From a virus: a stretch of 64,000 nucleotides of DNA. This document shows, piece by piece, positions 44,906 to 52,074 of this stretch. The notes beneath the pieces are model-generated. The model saw only the letters and a list, made by a program, of their open reading frames with translations, was not told the origin of the DNA and ran no database searches. The stretch spans positions 1 to 64,000 of IMG/VR virus record IMGVR_UViG_3300045978_000375. One strand, written 5' to 3'. The position numbers and the translations under genes are program-made. The stretch's first letter is position 1. Each line of letters starts with the position of its first letter.

Positions 44906-45264
44906 TCCTCCGCCGTCAAAAGAGCCGCTGGCGGCAACCCCGAATCCCTCGCCGCCGCATCGATCGCCGCGGCCCGGTCGCTCTCGAGCTCACCCGACTC
45001 GAGCCCATACGACCCAACCAGCCGCATCGACGCACGCTCGAACACGAGCACGCTGTAGAGCGACGGCGGAATGGCCGCGGCGTCCACTTGGTTCGGCGAT
45101 CCGAACTCCCTCGTGATCGCTCGGTCGAAGCTGTCCTGAGTCGGCTCGGAGTCGTCTGCGAGCTGCAGGAACTGCGGGAGGCGTGGCGCGCTCAGGCTCA
45201 CGACTTCGACCAGGTCGAGCTCACCGGGAGCGCACGGGCGCGTCGGGGTGGCGAGGGCGGTCAC
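44896..45264 (-). CDS. hypothetical protein
   Basis: 122 aa. Confidence 0.4.
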   Translation of the reverse strand: MTALATPTRPCAPGELDLVEVVSLSAPRLPQFLQLADDSEPTQDSFDRAITREFGSPNQVDAAAIPPSLYSVLVFERASMRLVGSYGLESGELESDRAAAIDAAARDSGLPPAALLTAEEWR

Positions 45265-45578
45265 GGGCGCACCTGCGACAGGCCCGGCGGGAAGATTTTC
45301 CCGAACGCCTCTGCCTCATCCGAGTAATTGAAGTGGCCCCAGTGCCGGCGAGCTTCGAAGGCAACGCGAGCACGATCGGCGCCGCGGAACTCGCTCACCG
45401 TTCGAGCACCGTCGCTAGACAGCATGCGTGCTACCCACTCGTCGCCCTCGCGCCCGAGGGTGTAGTGAGTGCTGATGTAGGCGGCGCGGTGGGATGCGGC
45501 TGGCCCGCGCGCTCCGCTCGAGAACGTAGCCCCGAACGCCGCGGCGGACATGCCGCCCTCACGACGACGGCGGGCCAT
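45261..45578 (-). CDS. hypothetical protein
   Basis: 105 aa. Confidence 0.4.
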   Translation of the reverse strand: MARRRREGGMSAAAFGATFSSGARGPAASHRAAYISTHYTLGREGDEWVARMLSSDGARTVSEFRGADRARVAFEARRHWGHFNYSDEAEAFGKIFPPGLSQVRP

Positions 45579-45764
45579 CTAAGCCGCCCTCCCCGCGCTG
45601 TGGACGAGCCGGATGCCGGTGCGGGTGGGGAGAGCGGGCACGGCCGGCGGTGGCTCGGGAGCCTCGACGCCGGGCGGGACGGGCGGCGCCGACGGCGCGA
45701 CCCGGGGGAGCGGAAGCCACACGGCCAGCGCGAACCAGCCGGGGATCTTGATTGCTACGAGCAT
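45579..45764 (-). CDS. small membrane protein, first gene of the leftward operon
   Basis: ATG at 45764 lies 7 nt after the -10-like element of the PL-like module. One TM helix followed by a Pro-rich tail. Confidence 0.4.
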   Translation of the reverse strand: MLVAIKIPGWFALAVWLPLPRVAPSAPPVPPGVEAPEPPPAVPALPTRTGIRLVHSAGRAA

Positions 45765-45800
45765 GGCAACGAGTATTGCCGCGGCAACGATTGTTGTCAA
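45765..45800 (-). promoter_or_regulatory. PL-like promoter-operator module
   Basis: On the minus strand: TTGACA ACAATCGTTGCCGCGGC AATACT CGTTGCC then ATG. Contains two 16-bp sites, GACAA-N6-TTGCC and GGCAA-N6-TTGCC. Confidence 0.5.
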
Positions 45801-45861
45801 CAGTGGCGAGCGCGTAGCCGGTCGATTTTTCGTACTTCGGCCTCTTTTGGCTATGAAAAAG

Positions 45862-46347
45862 TCATCCAGCTCGGGTGCCGGACGAGCTTGGCCTAACCCC
45901 CGTGCTCGGAGGGTCCGGGGTTGCCTCAGCTGCTTCCACTGCCATTAGAAAGCTTCGCCACTGCTCAGCGGTGCGCGCCCCACGGGCTGCCTTGGCTGCG
46001 GCTCGAGCGGCTGGGCTCCACTCGCGCTCCGCGAGTACCACCTCGAGCGCAGTCAGCCGAGTTCGGCGCGGCGCCCCTCGGCCGCTCACGAGCCAGTGCA
46101 GGTCAACGTTGTTGCCCTCGGCGATTTTCCGGTGAACGTCGCCTGTGCCGGGGACTTTATCCGGACGCTTGTCGCTTTCCCGCACGAGTCGCGAGACCGT
46201 CTGCCGCTTGAGCTTGGCGTTCTTCGCTACGTCGGCAACGCTCAGCTTTCCGGAGCCGCCGTTCTCTTGGATCCAACGGATGCGGTCAGCGAAGCTGCGC
46301 ACCCGAGGGAGACTGCTAGGCAATTGTCGTTGCCGCAAGGCGAACAC
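45862..46347 (-). CDS. CI-type repressor candidate (HTH)
   Basis: HTH segment GKLSVADVAKNAKLKRQTVSRLVRE and ...HWLVSGRG. The gene lies between the two operator clusters. The start is uncertain: GTG at 46347 or GTG at 46302. Confidence 0.55.
   Translation of the reverse strand: MFALRQRQLPSSLPRVRSFADRIRWIQENGGSGKLSVADVAKNAKLKRQTVSRLVRESDKRPDKVPGTGDVHRKIAEGNNVDLHWLVSGRGAPRRTRLTALEVVLAEREWSPAARAAAKAARGARTAEQWRSFLMAVEAAEATPDPPSTGVRPSSSGTRAG
46319..46334. promoter_or_regulatory. isolated operator-like site
   Basis: GGCAATTGTCGTTGCC, i.e. GGCAA-N6-TTGCC. Lies 33 bp from the PR-module sites, inside the 5' end of the repressor ORF. Confidence 0.45.
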
Positions 46348-46349
46348 GC

Positions 46350-46385
46350 TTGACAATATCTGTTGCCATGGCAATATGCGTTGCC
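46350..46385 (+). promoter_or_regulatory. PR-like promoter-operator module
   Basis: TTGACA ATATCTGTTGCCATGGC AATATG CGTTGCC then GTG. Contains two 16-bp sites (46352-46367 and 46370-46385). 28 of 36 positions match the PL-like module by hand count. Confidence 0.5.
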
Positions 46386-46700
46386 GTGAGCGTAGGTGAG
46401 CGAATCGCCCTGGTTCGGGGCTTGTCTGGTCTGTCGGCAGCTGAACTTGGGCGCAGAGCCGGGCTCTCGAGGGGCACGCTGCCTCTCCTCGAAGCCGGCA
46501 CGAACAAGCAGCCGGGAGCGAAAACGCTGCTCGCACTGAGCCAGGCGACGGGGGTCCCGATGGAGTGGTTCTTGGCTGGCACGGGTGACGCACCGACGCC
46601 TGAAAGCGTGAAGGCGGCACTCGGAATCTCGAACGCCGAAGACCCATCCCCCGACTCCAACGCCCAGCCGAACGGCAAGGCGAAGGAGCCGGCAGCGTGA
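46386..46700 (+). CDS. Cro/CI-type HTH regulator
   Basis: GERIALVRGLSGLSAAELGRRAGLSRGTLPLLEAG...EWFLAGTG. A GTG start at 46386 would be leaderless. An alternative ATG is at 46368. Confidence 0.6.
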   Translation: MSVGERIALVRGLSGLSAAELGRRAGLSRGTLPLLEAGTNKQPGAKTLLALSQATGVPMEWFLAGTGDAPTPESVKAALGISNAEDPSPDSNAQPNGKAKEPAA

Positions 46701-47377
46701 GCGCGATTGCCGTCGCCGACGCGAAGCTCCCGACCTCGTACGTGAAGGCGAGGGACGCGCTCGAGAAGTGCGTCGAGCTCGACGAATGCAAGGAGTGGAA
46801 GGACAAGGCCGCCGCGCTCGCCTCGTACGCGAAGCAGGCGGACGATGAGGAGCTCTACAAGTCCGCGATGAAGATCAAGGGCCGGGCGGTTCGGCGCATG
46901 GGGGAGCTGCTGAAGGAGCTCAACCGACCGGAGCAGGGCGGAAGGCCACCGAAGCCGAAGGAAAACGTGGGAGCCACCGCCCCCGTTTCGCAGCTTGCGC
47001 TCGCCAAAGCAGCCGGCCTCTCCGCTGACCAAGCAAAGCAGGCGATCCGTGTGGCCAACATCCCCAAGCGGGAGTTCGAGCGGCTCATCGAAGCCGAGGC
47101 ACCGCCGACCGTAACTGAGCTTGCCAAGATGGGCACCAAGCCCGTCCATCGCACCGCGTCTCACCTCGGTGGTCGGGACGCCACGGAGTTTTCCGACGCG
47201 ATCAAGGTGCGCGGTCGCCTGCGCGACCTTGCCGACATCTGCGGAAGCGTGACTCCGACCGCCGCCGTTCGCGGCTCCCAAGACTACGACCACCCGAAGA
47301 TGCGCGGCTGGTCCAAGACGATCGCGGCGTGGCTCGAACGGCTCGACGCTGCCCTCGAGAAAGCGAAAGAGACATGA
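46697..47377 (+). CDS. hypothetical early protein
   Basis: 226 aa, GTGA-coupled. Helical N-terminus (KEWKDKAAALASYAKQADDEELY...) common in phage/plasmid early proteins. Confidence 0.5.
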   Translation: MSAIAVADAKLPTSYVKARDALEKCVELDECKEWKDKAAALASYAKQADDEELYKSAMKIKGRAVRRMGELLKELNRPEQGGRPPKPKENVGATAPVSQLALAKAAGLSADQAKQAIRVANIPKREFERLIEAEAPPTVTELAKMGTKPVHRTASHLGGRDATEFSDAIKVRGRLRDLADICGSVTPTAAVRGSQDYDHPKMRGWSKTIAAWLERLDAALEKAKET

Positions 47378-47808
47378 ACGACGCGCAACTAACTGCCCTC
47401 GTGCAGAGCGAGGTGGATGCCGCGCTCGATGCTGGAATTCCGGTTCACAAGAACACGGTTCGTAGTCAAATCGTTGGAAGGCACTGCGAGCACAGCGATT
47501 CAGATTTCGCGCTCGCCTGCGCCCACCACGCGATCGGAGACATCGTTGGGCGCCTGATTCGCAATGCGAAGAAAGCCGAGGCGGAGGGCCCGGATCCGCA
47601 GCTCGTGCTTCCGGGCTACAAGCATTTGCAGCAGCGGTACGCGATCGACCGCGATGGTGAGTCGTACCTGGTTCGCCTTGAGGACATGACGGTCGAGGAG
47701 GGCCGCTCGAAAGCGGCGGCCCTGCGGGTGTTCGCCCAAGGAGCACTGGCGCATGCTGACGAACTCGACGCGTACTTCGACAACATCGAAGCCACGGCTG
47801 CTCAATAG
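47374..47808 (+). CDS. hypothetical protein
   Basis: Internal ATG overlaps the upstream stop (ATGA). 144 aa. Confidence 0.45.
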   Translation: MNDAQLTALVQSEVDAALDAGIPVHKNTVRSQIVGRHCEHSDSDFALACAHHAIGDIVGRLIRNAKKAEAEGPDPQLVLPGYKHLQQRYAIDRDGESYLVRLEDMTVEEGRSKAAALRVFAQGALAHADELDAYFDNIEATAAQ

Positions 47809-47920
47809 ACCCATGCGCCGCCTCCTCGCCCCTGCGTCCCGCACCCGCAAGAGCTGCTCCTACGTGCTCCGAGCGAAGCCGAAGAAGAAGCGCGCCAGAC
47901 GCGCCGAGGAGAACTGAGTC

Positions 47921-48772
47921 ATGGCCATCGAGATCAAGCACCGATTCACAGGCACAGTCCTCTTCAAGAGCGAAACTGCCAAGAGCACGCGCGAAGCCGT
48001 GATCGAGGCGGTTTCCGCGGGCGCCAACCTCGCGCGCGCCGACCTCGCGGGCGCCAACCTCGCGGGCGCCAACCTCGCGGGCGCCGACCTCGCGGACGCC
48101 AACCTCGCGGGCGCCGACCTCGCGGACGCCAACCTCGCGGGCGCCAACCTCGCGGGCGCCAACCTCGCGCGCGCCGACCTCGCGGGCGCCGACCTCGCGG
48201 GCGCCGACCTCGCGGGCGCCAACCTCGCGCGCGCCGACCTCGCGGGCGCCGACCTCGCGGGCGCCGACCTCGCGGACGCCAACCTCGCGGGCGCCAACCT
48301 CGCGGGCGCCGACCTCGCGGGCGCCGACCTCGCGGGCGCCGACCTCGCGGGCGCCCGATCTCTGCCTGCGGGCACCGAAGCGAAGGACCCTCCAGAGCCC
48401 TACGATCGCAACCGAGCGATCGATTACGCCGCACGTGCAGTCAGGTATCGCGAGCGCCACCCGGACGTTCCAGTCGTCGAGCGGCTCGACAGCAGGATAC
48501 TCGAAGCCATCACGACCGGCGGCTGCACGCTGGAGATGGGTTCGTGGCACCAGTGCGAAACCACACATTGTCGTGCGGGCTGGGCGATCCACCTCGCAGG
48601 TGAGCCCGGATATGCGCTGGAGCGGCGGTACAGCGCGGAGCACGCAGGGCGGCTGATCTACCTCGTGAGCACGGGTCGTTGCCCGCATTTTTTCGCGACT
48701 AATGAGAGAGCGCTTGAGGATATCCGGCTCTGCGCCGCACGCGAGCAGCAACCCGAGGGAGCAAGCGCGTAG
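47921..48772 (+). CDS. pentapeptide-repeat protein with Cys/His C-terminal domain
   Basis: 283 aa with a GGAGAA RBS. Has 22 consecutive A(D/N)LA(G/R/D) pentapeptides, then a ~140-aa domain containing GSWHQCETTHCRAGW. Confidence 0.85.
   Translation: MAIEIKHRFTGTVLFKSETAKSTREAVIEAVSAGANLARADLAGANLAGANLAGADLADANLAGADLADANLAGANLAGANLARADLAGADLAGADLAGANLARADLAGADLAGADLADANLAGANLAGADLAGADLAGADLAGARSLPAGTEAKDPPEPYDRNRAIDYAARAVRYRERHPDVPVVERLDSRILEAITTGGCTLEMGSWHQCETTHCRAGWAIHLAGEPGYALERRYSAEHAGRLIYLVSTGRCPHFFATNERALEDIRLCAAREQQPEGASA
48023..48352 (+). repeat. 22 x 15-bp near-perfect tandem array (GCC RAC CTC GCG SRC)
   Basis: Units differ only at base 4 (A/G) and bases 13-14. The array is in frame within the pentapeptide-repeat gene. 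Confidence 0.9.
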
Positions 48773-49027
48773 GTGAAACACTCTCGCAAGCTCGCCATCG
48801 TGCCCGCGCTGTCACCGGAGGAACGCCGGGAATGCGAGCGGGACTCCAGGTTCGACGTTGTGAACGGCCGGCGCGAGCTCGGTCTGACGCAGCTCGGCCT
48901 CGCGCAGAAGCTCACGATCTCGGTCTCGAGCGTCGAGGACTACGAGACCGGCAAGACCAAGGTCCCCGGGTGGGTGCTGAAGGCGATCGAGCGGCTGGTG
49001 AAGGCGGCGCGGAGGGAGGCCGCCTGA
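48773..49027 (+). CDS. XRE-family HTH protein
   Basis: 84 aa. The GTG start is the next base after the pentapeptide gene stop. RRELGLTQLGLAQKLTISVSSVEDYETG. Confidence 0.6.
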   Translation: MKHSRKLAIVPALSPEERRECERDSRFDVVNGRRELGLTQLGLAQKLTISVSSVEDYETGKTKVPGWVLKAIERLVKAARREAA

Positions 49028-49395
49028 TGGCCAAACAAACCAGCCCCCGCATCTCGAGCGCCGCGGCCAGGCTGCTCGCGAAGCTCAGAGAGTACAGGTA
49101 CGCGTGGCGCGAAGCAGTTGTCACGCTCGAGTGGCCACGCGGCACGGCGTGGCTCTGCAAGCCCAGTGAGCTCGTAGAGCTTCTGACGCACGAGCATGAG
49201 GCGGAACTTATTCTGCACGCCCTCTGTAGCTCAGCGTCATTCGACGGCTCGGCGCAAAGCGCCGCCCTGACTTGGATTCGACGCGACGAGAAGCTGCGCA
49301 CCGCCGCGGTGCGGGCTGTCGTGCACGACAAGCGCGTCGCGAAAGTCCGCTCCCCGCGGGTGGTCGGGAAGCGGAAGGGGAGGGCTTTGCGATGA
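49027..49395 (+). CDS. hypothetical protein, paralogue A
   Basis: Internal ATG overlaps the upstream stop. Shares its N- and C-terminal ends with the 49981-50250 product. Confidence 0.5.
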   Translation: MAKQTSPRISSAAARLLAKLREYRYAWREAVVTLEWPRGTAWLCKPSELVELLTHEHEAELILHALCSSASFDGSAQSAALTWIRRDEKLRTAAVRAVVHDKRVAKVRSPRVVGKRKGRALR

Positions 49396-49688
49396 AGATT
49401 CACATCGTCGGCTTTCCCGTGCGAGTCGGCAATCACCAGCGCCAACTCTGCGCGTGGTGCGGCTACGTGCTGGTCGACGACAATCTCGAGCAGGTGATGG
49501 TCGCACCCAACGAGGACGGTTCTCCTGGCGCAGCTCCCGGTGTCTTTACAATGGGCCAGCTGGTTTCGGTCTCCGAGGAGTCGGGCTTGCGGTGCATGTC
49601 ACTACTCGCGCACGTGGACGGAATGCCGCTCCCAGCTGGCTTCTGCGGTGACGATGGGCGCAGGCGAATATGGGCGGTGCAAATATGA
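49392..49688 (+). CDS. hypothetical protein
   Basis: ATGA-coupled. 98 aa. Confidence 0.45.
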   Translation: MKIHIVGFPVRVGNHQRQLCAWCGYVLVDDNLEQVMVAPNEDGSPGAAPGVFTMGQLVSVSEESGLRCMSLLAHVDGMPLPAGFCGDDGRRRIWAVQI

Positions 49689-49984
49689 AATCCGACCTCG
49701 TGCTGCTCACCGAATGCCTCGAGTCAGAGCTCGAGGACGAAACCCGCGAGGCGTTCGCCGGCATGCTGGGCGACATCGAGAGCGGCAAGTGGCGGAAGCT
49801 CACGAAGCGTCAGCGTGAGTGGGTCGAGGGCGTCCACGGCCGGCTCGGGCTCGACCCCGGCACCGAGAACCTCGTCTCGAGCGGTGCGGTGAAGCCGACA
49901 GCTGCCGAGCGCGCGGCGCTTGCCAGTACGCTCGCTAGCCTCGGGCCGAAGCCGCTGAAGCCGCCAACGCGGAGGAGCGCATGA
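49685..49984 (+). CDS. hypothetical protein
   Basis: ATGA-coupled. 99 aa. Confidence 0.45.
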   Translation: MKSDLVLLTECLESELEDETREAFAGMLGDIESGKWRKLTKRQREWVEGVHGRLGLDPGTENLVSSGAVKPTAAERAALASTLASLGPKPLKPPTRRSA

Positions 49985-50250
49985 ACGCCAGAAAGCAAAC
50001 CTCGTCCCGCATCTCGGGGGCCGCGGCCAGCCTGCTCGCGAAGCTTCGGAACGTTTCGCCGTGGGAGATGATCGTCCGGTCTGACAACACGCGCCGCACA
50101 GTCTCCCGCGCCTACCTGCCGCTCTGCACGGTCGGGAAGCTCCGGTCGATACTCGGTAGCGCGCTCGGCCAAGACGAAACGCCCGGCCAGCGCGTCGCCA
50201 AGGTCCGCTCGCCCCGGGTGAAGCGGAAGGGTGGGAGGGCGATGCGCTAA
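49981..50250 (+). CDS. hypothetical protein, paralogue B
   Basis: 89 aa. The N-terminus (KQTSxRISxAAAxLLAKLR) and C-terminus (RVAKVRSPRV..KRKG.RA.R) match paralogue A. Confidence 0.5.
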   Translation: MNARKQTSSRISGAAASLLAKLRNVSPWEMIVRSDNTRRTVSRAYLPLCTVGKLRSILGSALGQDETPGQRVAKVRSPRVKRKGGRAMR

Positions 50251-50522
50251 TGCTTGGGTTCAAGCCAAACCACGAAATGTGGGCGCGCGTGAACGCTGTC
50301 ATCATGGGCGAGAACATGGCGGAGGTGACCGTAACCTTCATCAGCGCGCTCTGCTCCATGCTCATCCAGGCTGGAGCCGCTACTGACGAGGCACACGCAC
50401 GGGCGCACCTGGCAGCGCTTCTGCTCTCACCCGACTCCTCGGCAAAGGCCGGTTCTCTGCTGCCGCTGCTCGCGCCGGAGCTCGCGAAGCTACGGCGAGA
50501 GGAAGGGGTTTGGATCACATGA
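50250..50522 (+). CDS. hypothetical protein
   Basis: TAATG overlap. 90 aa. Confidence 0.45.
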   Translation: MLGFKPNHEMWARVNAVIMGENMAEVTVTFISALCSMLIQAGAATDEAHARAHLAALLLSPDSSAKAGSLLPLLAPELAKLRREEGVWIT

Positions 50523-51133
50523 CGCAAGCTCCGCGGGAACTACGTTGTACGAAGTGCGAGTCGAGCTGGCACACGGCCGAGCAGCATGATGCGTGCTTGG
50601 CGTCGTTCGACGCTGCGCTACAAGCTGGAGCTTTGGCGAAGCAGAGGGTAACGCCAATCTCATCGTCGGGACTCGTTAGCGACCGTTCGCAACTCGATGA
50701 GACGCTGCTTCCGAACGGGCAGCAGAAGTCATACCTCGTGCTCTCGGAGGAGGAGCGAGCGAAAGGGTTCGTTCGGCCGGTGCGGACGGCGTACCTGCAC
50801 GTTGGCGTTGCCGGACCTAAGCACCCGACGCGCGATGTTACAGACGAAGAACGCACGCGCTACGGCTGGGGAACTGGGCCGGACGAGTTCACGAAGTTCG
50901 AGGTCTATCCGGAGGGTGCGAACGGGGAAGGTCGCTACTGGACGCAGAACGATCTCGACAAGGTCGGCAGGGGGTGCGGGACGCGAACGACGATGGCCCT
51001 CCCGCTCGCTGAGACGTACGCGCGTAAACCTGGCTTCTACGGTGGCACGTTCTGCTGCGGGTGCCGGACGCACCTACCCGTTGGTGCGGATGGCGAGTTC
51101 GTCTGGGAAGACGGCTCGCGCGTAGGGACCTGA
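50519..51133 (+). CDS. hypothetical Cys-containing protein
   Basis: ATGA-coupled internal ATG. Motifs CTKCE... and GCGTRTTM...FCCGCRTHLP. Confidence 0.5.
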   Translation: MTQAPRELRCTKCESSWHTAEQHDACLASFDAALQAGALAKQRVTPISSSGLVSDRSQLDETLLPNGQQKSYLVLSEEERAKGFVRPVRTAYLHVGVAGPKHPTRDVTDEERTRYGWGTGPDEFTKFEVYPEGANGEGRYWTQNDLDKVGRGCGTRTTMALPLAETYARKPGFYGGTFCCGCRTHLPVGADGEFVWEDGSRVGT

Positions 51134-51136
51134 GCC

Positions 51137-51409
51137 ATGCCACCCACCGCATACCCCCTACACCTGCGCCGCTCGATGCGACGAGATGGCGCCGCTCGAA
51201 TGCGCAGCGTGGCAAGAGCGCGCCGGAAAGCGCTGGATGAGGTGCTCGCTTGGCTGGCTGCCCTACTGGCGATCGTGGCGCTCGGCCTCGCCGTGTGGAC
51301 GGTCGTAGAGGAGTTCGGTCCGGGTGAGCAGGAGCGGATCCGCTGCGCGCCGACGGAGGTGTGCGGGGAGGAGCGGCTCGACCGGGGAGCGAGGGGGAGC
51401 GATGGCTGA
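51137..51409 (+). CDS. small membrane protein
   Basis: 90 aa with one TM helix (LAWLAALLAIVALGLAVW). Confidence 0.4.
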   Translation: MPPTAYPLHLRRSMRRDGAARMRSVARARRKALDEVLAWLAALLAIVALGLAVWTVVEEFGPGEQERIRCAPTEVCGEERLDRGARGSDG

Positions 51410-51599
51410 GCGCCCCAGCGTGGTCGTCCTCGACGTGACGCAGCTCACCCAGGCAGTCGCGGACTACGTGACGAAGCACTGCCTCATGGCGCCCGGTCCG
51501 GTTCGCATCGACTTTCAGATCTATCAAAGCCTGAAAGAGCCAACTCGAATCGAGGCGACGGTAAGGGCGACGACGGGGCCGGAGGTGTTGGTTGTCTGA
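51402..51599 (+). CDS. hypothetical protein
   Basis: Internal ATG. 65 aa. Confidence 0.35.
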   Translation: MAERPSVVVLDVTQLTQAVADYVTKHCLMAPGPVRIDFQIYQSLKEPTRIEATVRATTGPEVLVV

Positions 51600-52074
51600 G
51601 TTACCGACTCGAGCTCTTTCTCTGTACGCGCCTTGGGCGTGGGCGATCATCTGCGCCGGAAAGGACGTCGAGAACCGCAACTGGTTTGCGGCGGGACGAG
51701 GCTTCTTCGGCGACGCGAAGTTTCGCGGCTCGTTCTGGATTCACGCGAGCCTGTTCGGAGGCGATCGTGGCCGGAAGCTCGAGGATCTCGAGGACGAGAT
51801 CAGTTCGATGCTGGATATGGCCAGAGATGCTGGTTGTGATTCGGGCACGCCGGCCGAAGTGCTTCAGTGGTGCCTCGGGGCGCGCGGCAAGATCGTCGGC
51901 TCGGCTCGCGTGACCGGCGCCGTGTCCGCAAGCTCGTCGCCGTGGTTCGTTGGGCCGATGGCGCTTACGCTGGCGGAGCCGGTGGCATCTCGCCTGCAAG
52001 TGCCAGTGCGCGGTGCGCTTGGATTCTGGACGGTATCGCCAGACGTGCTGGCGCAGCTCCGGGAGGTCGCTTGA
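51592..52074 (+). CDS. ASCH-domain-like protein
   Basis: 160 aa. The pattern ALSLYAPWAWAIICAGKDVENRNW...FWIHAS...GKIVGSARV...VRGALGFW is typical of ASCH/PUA-like domains. Confidence 0.5.
   Translation: MSELPTRALSLYAPWAWAIICAGKDVENRNWFAAGRGFFGDAKFRGSFWIHASLFGGDRGRKLEDLEDEISSMLDMARDAGCDSGTPAEVLQWCLGARGKIVGSARVTGAVSASSSPWFVGPMALTLAEPVASRLQVPVRGALGFWTVSPDVLAQLREVA

Noticed and set aside
47813-47917. A 34-aa highly basic ORF (MRRLLAPASRTRKSCSYVLRAKPKKKRARRAEEN) in the gap before the pentapeptide gene.
   Set aside because: It is too short and compositionally biased to support from sequence alone, and it has no RBS. It is noted only because the gap is otherwise unexplained.
48023-48352. The possibility that the regular 15-bp array is a CRISPR or other non-coding repeat locus.
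   Set aside because: There are no unique spacers. The units are contiguous, in frame with a good start and RBS, and encode canonical pentapeptide repeats flanked by typical cap sequences.
46316-48781. An 821-aa minus-strand ORF containing a long REVGAREVGA repeat.
   Set aside because: It is the antisense of the pentapeptide-repeat array and of several well-supported plus-strand genes. Long antisense ORFs are expected in stop-poor GC-rich DNA, and it has no coupling or RBS logic.
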